64,000 nt of DNA. It comes from an uncultured Gammaproteobacteria bacterium. Lineage in GTDB: Bacteria > Patescibacteriota > Patescibacteriia > Magasanikbacterales > UBA922. The notes below the pieces were generated by a model, which was not told the DNA's origin, searched no databases, and saw only the letters and a program-made list of their open reading frames with translations. The stretch spans positions 49,325 to 113,324 of the forward strand of contig CAZFKS010000002.1 in assembly GCA_964519725.1 (NCBI GenBank), written 5' to 3'. Each line of letters begins with the position of its first letter. Within the stretch, counting starts at the first letter, position 1. The translations under genes and the position numbers were made by a program. Positions 48,134 to 56,934 of this stretch are shown here, in pieces.

Positions 48134-49396
48134 ATGAAAACAAAATTAAATTGGCTCAAAAAACTTGGCCCGGGTTTTATAACGGGTGCTAGTGATGATG
48201 ATCCAAGCGGAATTGCCACCTACACCCAAACTGGCGCACAATTTGGCCTCTCGCAACTGTGGACTATGGTCGTGACCACGCCATTTTTAATTGCGATTCA
48301 AGAAATGTGCGGACGGATTGGTCTTGCAACTGGTAAAGGCTTGGCTGGAGTTATGCGCGAACACTATTCAAAAAAATTATTAGTGTTCATTGTCACTCTG
48401 CTCGTGGTCGCAAACGCGATAAATATTGGCGCTGATTTGGGGGCCATGGCCGCGGCCATGCAATTATTGATTCCAATTTCTTTTCCGTTGTTAATTATTG
48501 GAGTGACAGTTTTTACGCTTTTGCTAGAAGTTTTTGTTTCGTACAAAGTGTATGTCAAATATTTAAAATATTTTGCGCTTTCATTATTTGCGTATTTTGG
48601 TGTGGCCTTCTTTATCGATATTAATTGGGCTGAGGCAGTAAGAAATTTAGTTAGACCACAAATAGTTTTGTCTCGAGAATATTTGTTTAATATTGTGGCC
48701 TTGCTTGGAACCACCATTTCACCATATTTATTTTTTTGGCAAGCTGGTGAAGAAGTGGAGGAATTAGTGGCGGAAAAAAAGTTACGGAGTTTTGGTCAGG
48801 GCAAACCAAAAGTTGAAGCTTTGGATTTTAAAACCATGCGTGGTGACACGGCGCGCGGTATGATTTTTTCCAATTTAGTTTCGATTTTTATTATGATTGC
48901 GGCGGCGGCCACTTTATTACCGCAAGGAATTACCCAAATTAACACTGCGGCCGAAGCCGCGGCTGCACTTGAGCCAATTGCTGGGCCGTGGGCACAGGTT
49001 TTGTTTGCCATTGGTATTATTGGCACTGGACTTTTGGCTGTGCCAGTTTTGGCTGGTTCAGCTTCGTACGCAGTTAGCGAGGCATTTAAATGGAAAGAAG
49101 GCTTGTACCGTAATTTTTCTCAGGCACACGGGTTTTACGGAGTCATTACCATTGCCACCCTACTTGGTTTGATGGTTAATTTTATTGGTATCCCGCCATT
49201 TCGGATGTTGTATTATACGGCCATGATAAATGGGGCGATTTCACCAATTTTAATGATTTTAATTTTACGGATGAGCAGTAATAAAAAAATTATGGGTGAC
49301 CGAGTAAACACTAAAGTATCCTCGTTACTCGGGTGGTTAATTACTGGGTTTATGTGCGCCAGTTCTGTGGCCCTGGTGTATGTTTTGTTTAATTAA
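48134..49396 (+). CDS. NRAMP-family divalent metal transporter
   Basis: GPGFITGASDDDPSGIATY, GTTISPYLFFWQ. Confidence 0.9.
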   Translation: MKTKLNWLKKLGPGFITGASDDDPSGIATYTQTGAQFGLSQLWTMVVTTPFLIAIQEMCGRIGLATGKGLAGVMREHYSKKLLVFIVTLLVVANAINIGADLGAMAAAMQLLIPISFPLLIIGVTVFTLLLEVFVSYKVYVKYLKYFALSLFAYFGVAFFIDINWAEAVRNLVRPQIVLSREYLFNIVALLGTTISPYLFFWQAGEEVEELVAEKKLRSFGQGKPKVEALDFKTMRGDTARGMIFSNLVSIFIMIAAAATLLPQGITQINTAAEAAAALEPIAGPWAQVLFAIGIIGTGLLAVPVLAGSASYAVSEAFKWKEGLYRNFSQAHGFYGVITIATLLGLMVNFIGIPPFRMLYYTAMINGAISPILMILILRMSSNKKIMGDRVNTKVSSLLGWLITGFMCASSVALVYVLFN

Positions 49397-49421
49397 AAAA
49401 CATGGTCTAGACCATGTTTTA
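49396..49421. terminator. Bidirectional terminator AAAACATGGTCTAGACCATGTTTT
   Basis: Perfect palindrome between convergent genes. Confidence 0.7.
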
Positions 49422-49462
49422 TCGTTGAGTTTCCCGGCGCGCCTCCTGCGCGCGGGAAGAGG

Positions 49463-49687
49463 TTACTCGTAGCTCGCCCGACACCGTGGGCAGCTCCAGC
49501 CGCCCACGCCCTGCTCTGGCCGCAGGACCACTTCTGGACAGCGAATACACTGTCTTGGGGCTGGTCCGTCTGGGACCAGTGGGTTGAAGGTAGTCATATC
49601 CCGGTTTCGCTTGCGGGGCGGCGTAACCGCCCAGCGGACTAGGCCCAGGAACATCAAGCCGAAGACGGTCAAGAGTGCTTTGCCCAT
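49463..49687 (-). CDS. GC-rich orphan: TM anchor plus C4 zinc ribbon (74 aa)
   Basis: Promoter TTGTTT-17-TATTCT, SD GGAGG, CIRC...CPRC, 3' GC hairpin. Confidence 0.7.
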   Translation of the reverse strand: MGKALLTVFGLMFLGLVRWAVTPPRKRNRDMTTFNPLVPDGPAPRQCIRCPEVVLRPEQGVGGWSCPRCRASYE

Positions 49688-49740
49688 GTGGAACCTCCGT
49701 GGGCCAGAGAATAACATGGATTTAAGAAAAAAACAAGGGG

Positions 49741-51396
49741 TTAGGTTAACTTTTTTGTCATGTACGTATCTTTGGAATGGTAGCCAAGGTGGCGATAGTA
49801 GTCGCGGACACCAACACCGGAAATTACAGTAGTGGATTTGAAGCCATGTTCACGGGCAATTTGTTCGGCTGCAGCCATGAGTTTTTTACCAAGGCCGGTG
49901 TGCTGGCTAGCAGAATCTTCTCGTTTGCCAATGCCAACCAGGCGGCCGTAAACATGAAGTTCACGAATAAAAGCGGTATTTTCAAGAACAGGAAGTTGTT
50001 TGATTAATGTTTCTGGGGTTGGAATAGTTGGAACGCGCAGGCGTAAGAAACCAAACACTGCAATTCGATTTGGGTCTTCAAAGGTGATGAAAAATTCTTT
50101 ACCACCAGTGGTTTCGTATTCATCAATAAATAATTGTGGTTCAGTATCGGCGGGAATATTTTTGGCTTGCCGACTAATTTCGCGGCAGCGTAAACACACA
50201 CACTTTAGGCCCTGCGCATGTAATTTTTTTTCTAAAAATTCGCGTAAGTTGGTGACCACATTGCCACCTTCAATTTCCGTGGCTGGAATATCACGAATCA
50301 AACGGGAAATGCGACAGTAGCGCGGCGTAGCTAATTTCATTTGCATGAGTGCTTCACTCATGGCCGGTGTGTCACCATGTGGCACGTAACGTCCGTCCAA
50401 AAACCATTGATAAAGTTCGGCACTTTTAATCACTGTGTTTGGATAAATTTTAATCATGTCGGGTTTCAAACCCTCGTCACTGAAAATTTCCTTGTACATT
50501 TCTACATCGTGATCTGGACTTGAGCCTGGTAAATCGGGCATGAAGTGGAGGTCAACTTTAAAACCAGCTTGGCGGAGGAGTAGCATGGCATCGCGGAATT
50601 GCTGAACAGTGTGACCGCGTTTAATTAATTCCAAAATTTTATTATCTGTGGCTTGCAAACCAAGTTCAATGCGAGTGCAACCTTGCTGACGCATGTGAAA
50701 AATTGTTTTTGGAGAAATGGCATCAGGTCGAGTTTCCAAGGTCAAACCAATGATGCGGTATTTGGCAGTTTCATTTTTCTTTTGTGCGTCAGCCAGCGCG
50801 GCTTGTAATTCCGCGAGCGGGGAGTGTTCAGTTAATTTTTTACGCTGCAAATTTTTCCGCCCCATTTCATTGCAGGCCAAAAACGATTCCAAAATATACC
50901 AATATTGATAACCGAGCGTGTAGGCATTCCAGGTACCACCTTTAATAATATATTCAATTTTATCAGCCGTGTGACCACTTTCTTTGAGGGTCAAAAGTCG
51001 TTGACGCATGAGTTCGTACGGATCAAAATTCAGCGCCAAGGCGCGCGCGGCCGCTGGCTCAGTGGCAATATAACTCTTTGGCATGCGCGCTTCAGTTGGG
51101 CAATAAACACACTGACCTGGACAAGTATAGGGTTTGACAAGGGAAGTTACGACAGCAATTCCAGATAAACTTCGTACCTCGGCTTTGCGAATTAATTTCA
51201 ATAAATCTGCATCAGGCGCCACGCTTTTCTTTTTACAATACTTTTGGTAGGCTATGAGCAGCTGCCGGTTACTTGGCTGCGCGGTGGCCAGTTGATTAGC
51301 CGCAATTCGGCGGGCATTATCAAAATCAGCCTTAGTTTGGGGCTTAGCCGCAATAATCGCTCCAATAATTTGTTCAATTTGTGTCACAATTTTCAC
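49741..51396 (-). CDS. elp3: Elp3-family radical SAM/GNAT tRNA U34 carboxymethyltransferase
   Basis: VRSLSGIAVV, CPGQCVYCP, GGT, LETRPD, IKIYP, IRELHVYG, QHTGLGKKLM, ISGVGVRDYY. Confidence 0.93.
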   Translation of the reverse strand: MKIVTQIEQIIGAIIAAKPQTKADFDNARRIAANQLATAQPSNRQLLIAYQKYCKKKSVAPDADLLKLIRKAEVRSLSGIAVVTSLVKPYTCPGQCVYCPTEARMPKSYIATEPAAARALALNFDPYELMRQRLLTLKESGHTADKIEYIIKGGTWNAYTLGYQYWYILESFLACNEMGRKNLQRKKLTEHSPLAELQAALADAQKKNETAKYRIIGLTLETRPDAISPKTIFHMRQQGCTRIELGLQATDNKILELIKRGHTVQQFRDAMLLLRQAGFKVDLHFMPDLPGSSPDHDVEMYKEIFSDEGLKPDMIKIYPNTVIKSAELYQWFLDGRYVPHGDTPAMSEALMQMKLATPRYCRISRLIRDIPATEIEGGNVVTNLREFLEKKLHAQGLKCVCLRCREISRQAKNIPADTEPQLFIDEYETTGGKEFFITFEDPNRIAVFGFLRLRVPTIPTPETLIKQLPVLENTAFIRELHVYGRLVGIGKREDSASQHTGLGKKLMAAAEQIAREHGFKSTTVISGVGVRDYYRHLGYHSKDTYMTKKLT

Positions 51397-52094
51397 CAGA
51401 AAATTTAATTGCTCAGAATAAAACCGTGTATGATCGGATCGCGCCGTTATTTTCTGCGACCCGTGAGTTTAATTGGGCTGATGCTGAGGTTTTGGCTGAG
51501 TATATCAAACCCGGGAGCCAGGTGTTAGACCTGGGCTGCGGGAATGGTCGATTATACCAGATTTTAGCCAAAAAACAAGTGAAGTACGTGGGTCTGGACC
51601 AGAGTGCCGAACTCGTCAAATTGGCCGGGGAAAAGAATCCAGGCCAGGAATTTGTGGTTGGGGACATGACGAGCCTGGATTTTTCTGACCAGTTGTTTGA
51701 CATCGTGATTGGAATTGCGTCTTTTAACCATATTCCAGGCCAAGAATTGCAGTTAAAAACACTTAAGGAAATGGCCCGGGTTTTAAAGCCAGGTGGTCAA
51801 ATTTTAATGACTAATTGGAATTTACATTCTGAGAGCGCACAGAAAAATATTAAAAAACATAATTGGAAAAATTGGCAGGAAACGCCAGGGCAGGGGATTG
51901 ATGTGCTGGTGCCATGGAAAAATCCGCAGGCAGAAATTTTGGGCGAGCGGTTTTATCATGGATTTACAGCGGAGGAATTAACCAACCTTGCGCAATCAGC
52001 CAATTTAGAAGTCGTAGATATTTTTTACAGTCATAAGGGCCAGCGTTTGGACCAAACCACCGGAGCAAATATCCTGAGTATTTTTAAAAAATAA
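51381..52094 (+). CDS. Class I SAM methyltransferase, Trm9/ALKBH8-like
   Basis: YDRIAPLFSATR, LDLGCGNG, IASFNHI, DVLVPWK, RFYHGF; start codon uncertain. Confidence 0.8.
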   Translation: MSQFSPENLIAQNKTVYDRIAPLFSATREFNWADAEVLAEYIKPGSQVLDLGCGNGRLYQILAKKQVKYVGLDQSAELVKLAGEKNPGQEFVVGDMTSLDFSDQLFDIVIGIASFNHIPGQELQLKTLKEMARVLKPGGQILMTNWNLHSESAQKNIKKHNWKNWQETPGQGIDVLVPWKNPQAEILGERFYHGFTAEELTNLAQSANLEVVDIFYSHKGQRLDQTTGANILSIFKK

Positions 52095-52095
52095 T

Positions 52096-52320
52096 ATGGA
52101 ACTCATGAAATTTGTTGGTGCCTTTGGTTTACTACTCATTTCAATTGGCATTGTTACTAAAGAACGTAAAAAACAAGATGCATTATACATTGTGGGCGGG
52201 GTCGCGCTGGAAGTGTACAGTATTTATTTGGGCGATTATATTTTCATAGTTCTTCAAATTATTTTCACAGTCGCAGCGATCTATGATATTGCAAAATTAA
52301 AGTATGGAAAACCACGTTAA
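52096..52320 (+). CDS. Small 3-TM membrane protein
   Basis: Hydrophobicity; coupled by TAATATG. Confidence 0.7.
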   Translation: MELMKFVGAFGLLLISIGIVTKERKKQDALYIVGGVALEVYSIYLGDYIFIVLQIIFTVAAIYDIAKLKYGKPR

Positions 52321-52717
52321 AGTCGGAGTCGGGGTAATGGTAATTAAAGACGGAAAAATTTTGATGGGCAAGCGACTCACCAAACACGCTGGGAATGAGT
52401 ATGCCACCCCCGGCGGTCATCTGGAGTATGGTGAATCGTTTTTTGACTGTGCCCGGCGTGAAGTGACTGAGGAGTGTGGTTTAGAAATTACTAACATACG
52501 TTTTTTGTTTGTAACAAATTTGCTGGCTTATTTGCCAAAACATTATGTGCATATTAATGTGGTGGCTGATTGGGCGGGTGGTGAGCCGCAAGTGTTGGAG
52601 CCTAATAAGTGCGAGTCCTGGGACTGGTATGATATGGATAATTTGCCAGAGCCAGTTTTTTACACCACTAAGATGGGGGTTGAAAGTTACCGCACGGGAA
52701 AATATTTTTTTGAATAA
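52304..52717 (+). CDS. Nudix hydrolase (NUDT15/MutT-like)
   Basis: VGVGV, PGGHLEYGE...REVTEECG, EPNKCESWDW. Confidence 0.9.
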   Translation: MENHVKVGVGVMVIKDGKILMGKRLTKHAGNEYATPGGHLEYGESFFDCARREVTEECGLEITNIRFLFVTNLLAYLPKHYVHINVVADWAGGEPQVLEPNKCESWDWYDMDNLPEPVFYTTKMGVESYRTGKYFFE

Positions 52718-52718
52718 T

Positions 52719-53156
52719 ATGACAATAAATCCAAACAAATTACCAGTTAAAGTCACAGCCGGAGGCGTGGTTCTACGCCAGGAAAATGGTGGGTGGTTGG
52801 TTGCGCTTGAACAGCAAGTCAAAATGAGTGGTGAATTTTGGTGTGTGCCGAAAGGCCATGTTGAAGAGGGTGAAGATTTGGAAACTGCAGCCAAGCGCGA
52901 GATTGCTGAAGAAGTCGGGGTGACTGAATTTGAGTCATTTGAATATTTAGCTGAAAAACAACGACCGAGTTTGAAAGGACATGAATGGAAAATCATTCAC
53001 TATTTTTTAGCTGTTACTAAACAGGTTGATTTATATCCAGCTGATACGGAAAAAGGCCATCGTGCCAAATGGTTTCTGCTTTTCAGTGATTTACCGCTTT
53101 TATTTGAAGAACAAAAAGAATTAATTGAAGAAATCAAACGAAAAATTCAAAAATAA
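52719..53156 (+). CDS. Nudix hydrolase (Ap4A hydrolase-like)
   Basis: TAGGVV, PKGHVEEGE...REIAEEVG. Confidence 0.88.
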   Translation: MTINPNKLPVKVTAGGVVLRQENGGWLVALEQQVKMSGEFWCVPKGHVEEGEDLETAAKREIAEEVGVTEFESFEYLAEKQRPSLKGHEWKIIHYFLAVTKQVDLYPADTEKGHRAKWFLLFSDLPLLFEEQKELIEEIKRKIQK

Positions 53157-53185
53157 ATGTGGTATACTATGGTATACCATTTTTT

Positions 53186-54562
53186 ATGAAAACTTCTCAC
53201 ACCCTCCCAAACCCAATTTCACTGCGCAAAATGATTGGTCCAAGTTTTATTATTCTAGCACTTGGCCTTGGTTCGGGTGAAGTGATTTTGTGGCCGTATT
53301 TAGTGGCTAATTATGGCCTCGGGATTGCCTGGGGCGCAGTGCTTGGGATTACGTGTCAGTTTTTCATTAACATGGAAATTGAACGGTATGCACTCATCCG
53401 CGGTGAAAGTGTATTTGTGGGCTTGGCAAAAATGTCACGCGTTTTACCATATTGGTTTATTCTCTCCACTTTTGTGGCGTTTGGACTGCCTGGAATTATT
53501 GCCGCTGGCGCGCAACTCCTGGTGAATGCGTTTGGTTTTACTAATTTTAAATTAGTGGCGTCGCTACTCTTGGTTGGAATCGGATTTTTACTGAGTTTAG
53601 GAAAAACCGTGTACGGACTCATGGAAAAATTAACTACCACCATTGTTTTAATTGGAGTGCCATTTATTTTTGTGCTTGCGATTTGGGTTAGTACTGGTGC
53701 GGATTGGCAAGCAGTTGGGCAGGGACTTTTGGGTCAGGGAAATGGTTATAATTTTTTACCAACTGGAATTGCACTCGCCACATTTCTCGGTGCGTTTGCC
53801 TATTCTGGGGCAGCGGGAAATTTAAATTTGACCCAATCAATTTACATAAAAGAAAAAGGTTATGGCATGGGCGCCTTTGCGCAAAAAATTGCTGGCTTAT
53901 TTCACAAAGGTGCGCATGAGGCCGTGAAATTAAGTGGGACTGCGGCCGCGGCCACCAAAGAAAATGAGGCCTTGTTTAAAAAATGGTGGCGCCTAGTTAA
54001 CACTGAACATGGGTTAGTGTTTTGGGGAATGGGTGCGCTGGCCATGGTTCTCTTAATGCTTCTATCATTTGCTACTGCTTATGGTTCAGCTGGTACTGCC
54101 AGCGGAATTAATTTTGTGATTACTGAAGCGCGCATGATTGGTCAAGAAACTTTGCCAATTTTTGGGACTTTATTTTTGCTCGCGGCCGGAATTATGCTGG
54201 TCCAAACCCAACTTGGGGTGATGGACTCAACTTCCCGGATTATGGCCGAAAATTGGGCGCTGCGTCAGGGTGAAGCCAAGGCGCAGAACTTGACAAAACT
54301 ATATGGAATTTTTTTGTGGGCGCAAATTGCGTTTGGAATTGTTTTATTTGCTCTTGGAATTCACGAACCAAAAAGTTTATTGGTAGCTGGTGCGTGTTTA
54401 AATGCTATTGCCATGTTTGTACATATTGGCCTAGTGAGTGTTTTGAATTACAAAACTATACCAAAAATGTTTCAACCCAAACCATGGCGCCGGGTGCTGC
54501 TGGGTTTAATTTTTATTTTTTTCGGTATTTTTAGCACCTTGGTGGTCAAAGATTTATTCTAG
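53186..54562 (+). CDS. Nramp-related APC superfamily transporter
   Basis: GPSFIILALGLGSGEVILWP; about 11 TMs. Confidence 0.8.
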   Translation: MKTSHTLPNPISLRKMIGPSFIILALGLGSGEVILWPYLVANYGLGIAWGAVLGITCQFFINMEIERYALIRGESVFVGLAKMSRVLPYWFILSTFVAFGLPGIIAAGAQLLVNAFGFTNFKLVASLLLVGIGFLLSLGKTVYGLMEKLTTTIVLIGVPFIFVLAIWVSTGADWQAVGQGLLGQGNGYNFLPTGIALATFLGAFAYSGAAGNLNLTQSIYIKEKGYGMGAFAQKIAGLFHKGAHEAVKLSGTAAAATKENEALFKKWWRLVNTEHGLVFWGMGALAMVLLMLLSFATAYGSAGTASGINFVITEARMIGQETLPIFGTLFLLAAGIMLVQTQLGVMDSTSRIMAENWALRQGEAKAQNLTKLYGIFLWAQIAFGIVLFALGIHEPKSLLVAGACLNAIAMFVHIGLVSVLNYKTIPKMFQPKPWRRVLLGLIFIFFGIFSTLVVKDLF

Positions 54563-54568
54563 TCAATT

Positions 54569-55234
54569 CTATCGTTCGATCGCTTTATAGCCGACTCCGG
54601 GGATAGTTTTGATATACCGCTCGGTTGGGTCAACTTTTTTTCTTAGACTTAAAATGTGTGATTCTATTGTATGTGAAAATGGATCAGCGTTAATATCCCA
54701 AACATGTTCCATGATCATGTGTCTGGTTAGGGCAATACCTTGATTTTTCAGTAAATATTCTAAAAGTAAGAATTCTTTTTTAGTTAAATATATTTCCTTT
54801 CCAGCTTTTATGATTTGTTGTTCGTGGCTGTTAAGTACAATATCGCCAATTTTATAAATATTTTTTGTTGTTTGGGCTGGCCTGCGTAACAGAGCGTGTA
54901 TCCGAGCCAAAAGTTCGTTAAAGTAAAACGGTTTGCTTAGGTAATCATCAGCACCGCAGTTGAGTAGTTTGGTTTTTTGCTCAGAATCGTGTATGGCCGA
55001 AAGGATCAAAATTGGTACTGATCGGCCACTTTGCCTAATTTCATTACAAACAGTGTAGCCATTTTTTACCGATAACATCAAGTCTAAAATGATAATATCA
55101 TAGTAACATGTCCTAGCTTGAAATGATCCAGTTTCCGCATCTTGCGTACTATCAACAATAAAATTTTCTGCCTCTAAACGAGGCTTAAGGAAATTAATAA
55201 TATCTAGTTCATCTTCAATTAAAAGTAGACGCAT
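54569..55234 (-). CDS. OmpR-family response regulator (no adjacent kinase)
   Basis: LLIEDE, IILDLML, GADDYLSKPF, winged helix TIPGVGY. Confidence 0.92.
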   Translation of the reverse strand: MRLLLIEDELDIINFLKPRLEAENFIVDSTQDAETGSFQARTCYYDIIILDLMLSVKNGYTVCNEIRQSGRSVPILILSAIHDSEQKTKLLNCGADDYLSKPFYFNELLARIHALLRRPAQTTKNIYKIGDIVLNSHEQQIIKAGKEIYLTKKEFLLLEYLLKNQGIALTRHMIMEHVWDINADPFSHTIESHILSLRKKVDPTERYIKTIPGVGYKAIER

Positions 55235-55330
55235 ATTTATTTTTTTGTTTGTGATACCAATAAAATATTTTACAATAGATTGTAGAATGCGCAAGCATTG
55301 TGCTGTCAGAATTTGTTGACAATAAAAAAA

Positions 55331-55344
55331 AGACCGATCGGTCT
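55331..55344. promoter_or_regulatory. Perfect 14-bp palindrome AGACCGATCGGTCT overlapping a TATAAT; operator-like
   Basis: Palindrome read directly from sequence. Confidence 0.5.
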
Positions 55345-55527
55345 ATAATTTGAGTAGTGGTAAACCAGCGAAATTAAAAAAACAATGGGGTTTTGAGTAG
55401 TGCGACAGTTGCACGAGCCAATAAATTGGTTTGATGTGCTAACTAGTTGCACCCTCAATTGGATAATTGTTTCATCCTTTAATCATCCAATAATGGGGTC
55501 GGCGAGTCGTGCTCGCCGTCCCTCCTG

Positions 55528-55932
55528 TCAGCGCCGTCCGGCGCTCCGTGCCGCCTTGGGCGGCGCGATGATCGGGAACAACACCCGGGCGTACTTCTTA
55601 CGCGGCTCGGTGACCTGCCCGATCGCCTCGACGTAGACGCACCAGTAGCGCCGCCGCCCCTCATGAGGGCTGCACCTGGTGTGCCACTCGAGGCTAACTT
55701 GGACTCCACCCCAGAGCGTCATGCTCGTATCGCTCGGATTGAGCGGCAGGATGACATACCCAGCAGGCGGAGCGTTCTTGCCAGGGACTTTACCGAACAA
55801 GTCCCAGACCGTCTTGGCGTCGAAGTTTCGCATCAGTGCGATTGGCACACACGTCTTCGGTGTCGGAGTCGGGGGAAGCTGCTTCATGGGTGGGTGATCG
55901 TCGATCCGAGTCTTGAGTTTTGGAGGCATCAT
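55528..55932 (-). CDS. GC-rich orphan protein (134 aa)
   Basis: 5' hairpin, SD AAGGA before ATGATG, GC-rich codons, 3' hairpin. Confidence 0.62.
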   Translation of the reverse strand: MMPPKLKTRIDDHPPMKQLPPTPTPKTCVPIALMRNFDAKTVWDLFGKVPGKNAPPAGYVILPLNPSDTSMTLWGGVQVSLEWHTRCSPHEGRRRYWCVYVEAIGQVTEPRKKYARVLFPIIAPPKAARSAGRR

Positions 55933-56027
55933 GAGTCCTTTTGATCGTCGCTCACCGCACCGTGCGGGAGTCCACGTAAAAGAATACACAGTTTAATTGT
56001 GTAATCATATGATTTGTGTGGATAAGT

Positions 56028-56933
56028 TTACACGCCAGTAATTAACGCCACAATTGCGCCAGAAAATTTTTGTCTAGTTTGGGTTGCAAGAGCAATTCCA
56101 GCAATTGCGAGCGCTGAATTTGGTGAAATTTCTAAGTCGATTTTTTCTTTAACCAATTTTTGGGCGCCAATTATTTCATTATCAGTAACTATCCAACCTG
56201 AACCATTACTTTTTTGTACAACATTAATTACCGCAAATTTTCGTTGCGCAATTTTATCAACGATTGCGCCGGCAATTGAGGTGTCTGGATCAGGCATATA
56301 GGCGCCGTGGGTTGGACACATAACAGTTTTAAACGCGTCTGCAATTGGATGCACGGCCTGGGTTTGTACAATATGAATTTGTGGTTTTTGGTCGAGAGTT
56401 TGAAAGGCCTCAGCCAGTGCCTGGGCCGTCGTACCTGATGAAGTCGGAATAAAAATTGCTTGCAAATTTGGAATGTGATTTAATTCAGCGGCTAATTCAG
56501 CGTAACCTTTGAGCGCCAAATCATCAGTTGATTGGCGGATCAATTTGGCCTCACCTTTGGCATCCACTTGAAACGCCGCTTGGCGCGGATTTTCTACTTG
56601 TTCAACCGTAATATTTTGGTCAGTCAGTGCGCGAATTAAAGTTTCTTTTTCTGCAGGAATTTTTGGGCCAATAAAAATTTGCAAAGTAATTTGCGCGTCC
56701 GGATTATTTAAATTGTGGTGCTGCACATAACGCGCCGCCGCGAGCGCCGCATTGCCTGATGACGAAATTACAAATTTGGTCACCTGTTCTTTATGCCAGT
56801 AGTGATCAATCATGTAGGGGATTGAACGGCCTTTGTGCGAACCAAAATGGTGCAAATCTTCACGTTTAAGCCAGAGTTCTGGCACTCCAAGCGCCGTCGC
56901 TAATTCAGGAACTGGAGTTTGTGGTGTTTTCAT
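56028..56933 (-). CDS. Fold-type II PLP enzyme (threonine synthase/dehydratase-like)
   Basis: LKRED...GSHKGR, SSSGNAA, PTSSGTT, LITG. Confidence 0.85.
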   Translation of the reverse strand: MKTPQTPVPELATALGVPELWLKREDLHHFGSHKGRSIPYMIDHYWHKEQVTKFVISSSGNAALAAARYVQHHNLNNPDAQITLQIFIGPKIPAEKETLIRALTDQNITVEQVENPRQAAFQVDAKGEAKLIRQSTDDLALKGYAELAAELNHIPNLQAIFIPTSSGTTAQALAEAFQTLDQKPQIHIVQTQAVHPIADAFKTVMCPTHGAYMPDPDTSIAGAIVDKIAQRKFAVINVVQKSNGSGWIVTDNEIIGAQKLVKEKIDLEISPNSALAIAGIALATQTRQKFSGAIVALITGV

Positions 56934-56934
56934 A

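Noticed and set aside
56017-56025. DnaA box TTATCCACA (minus strand) as an origin marker
   Set aside because: An isolated box; other near-matches are scattered, with no cluster, DUE or dnaA nearby.
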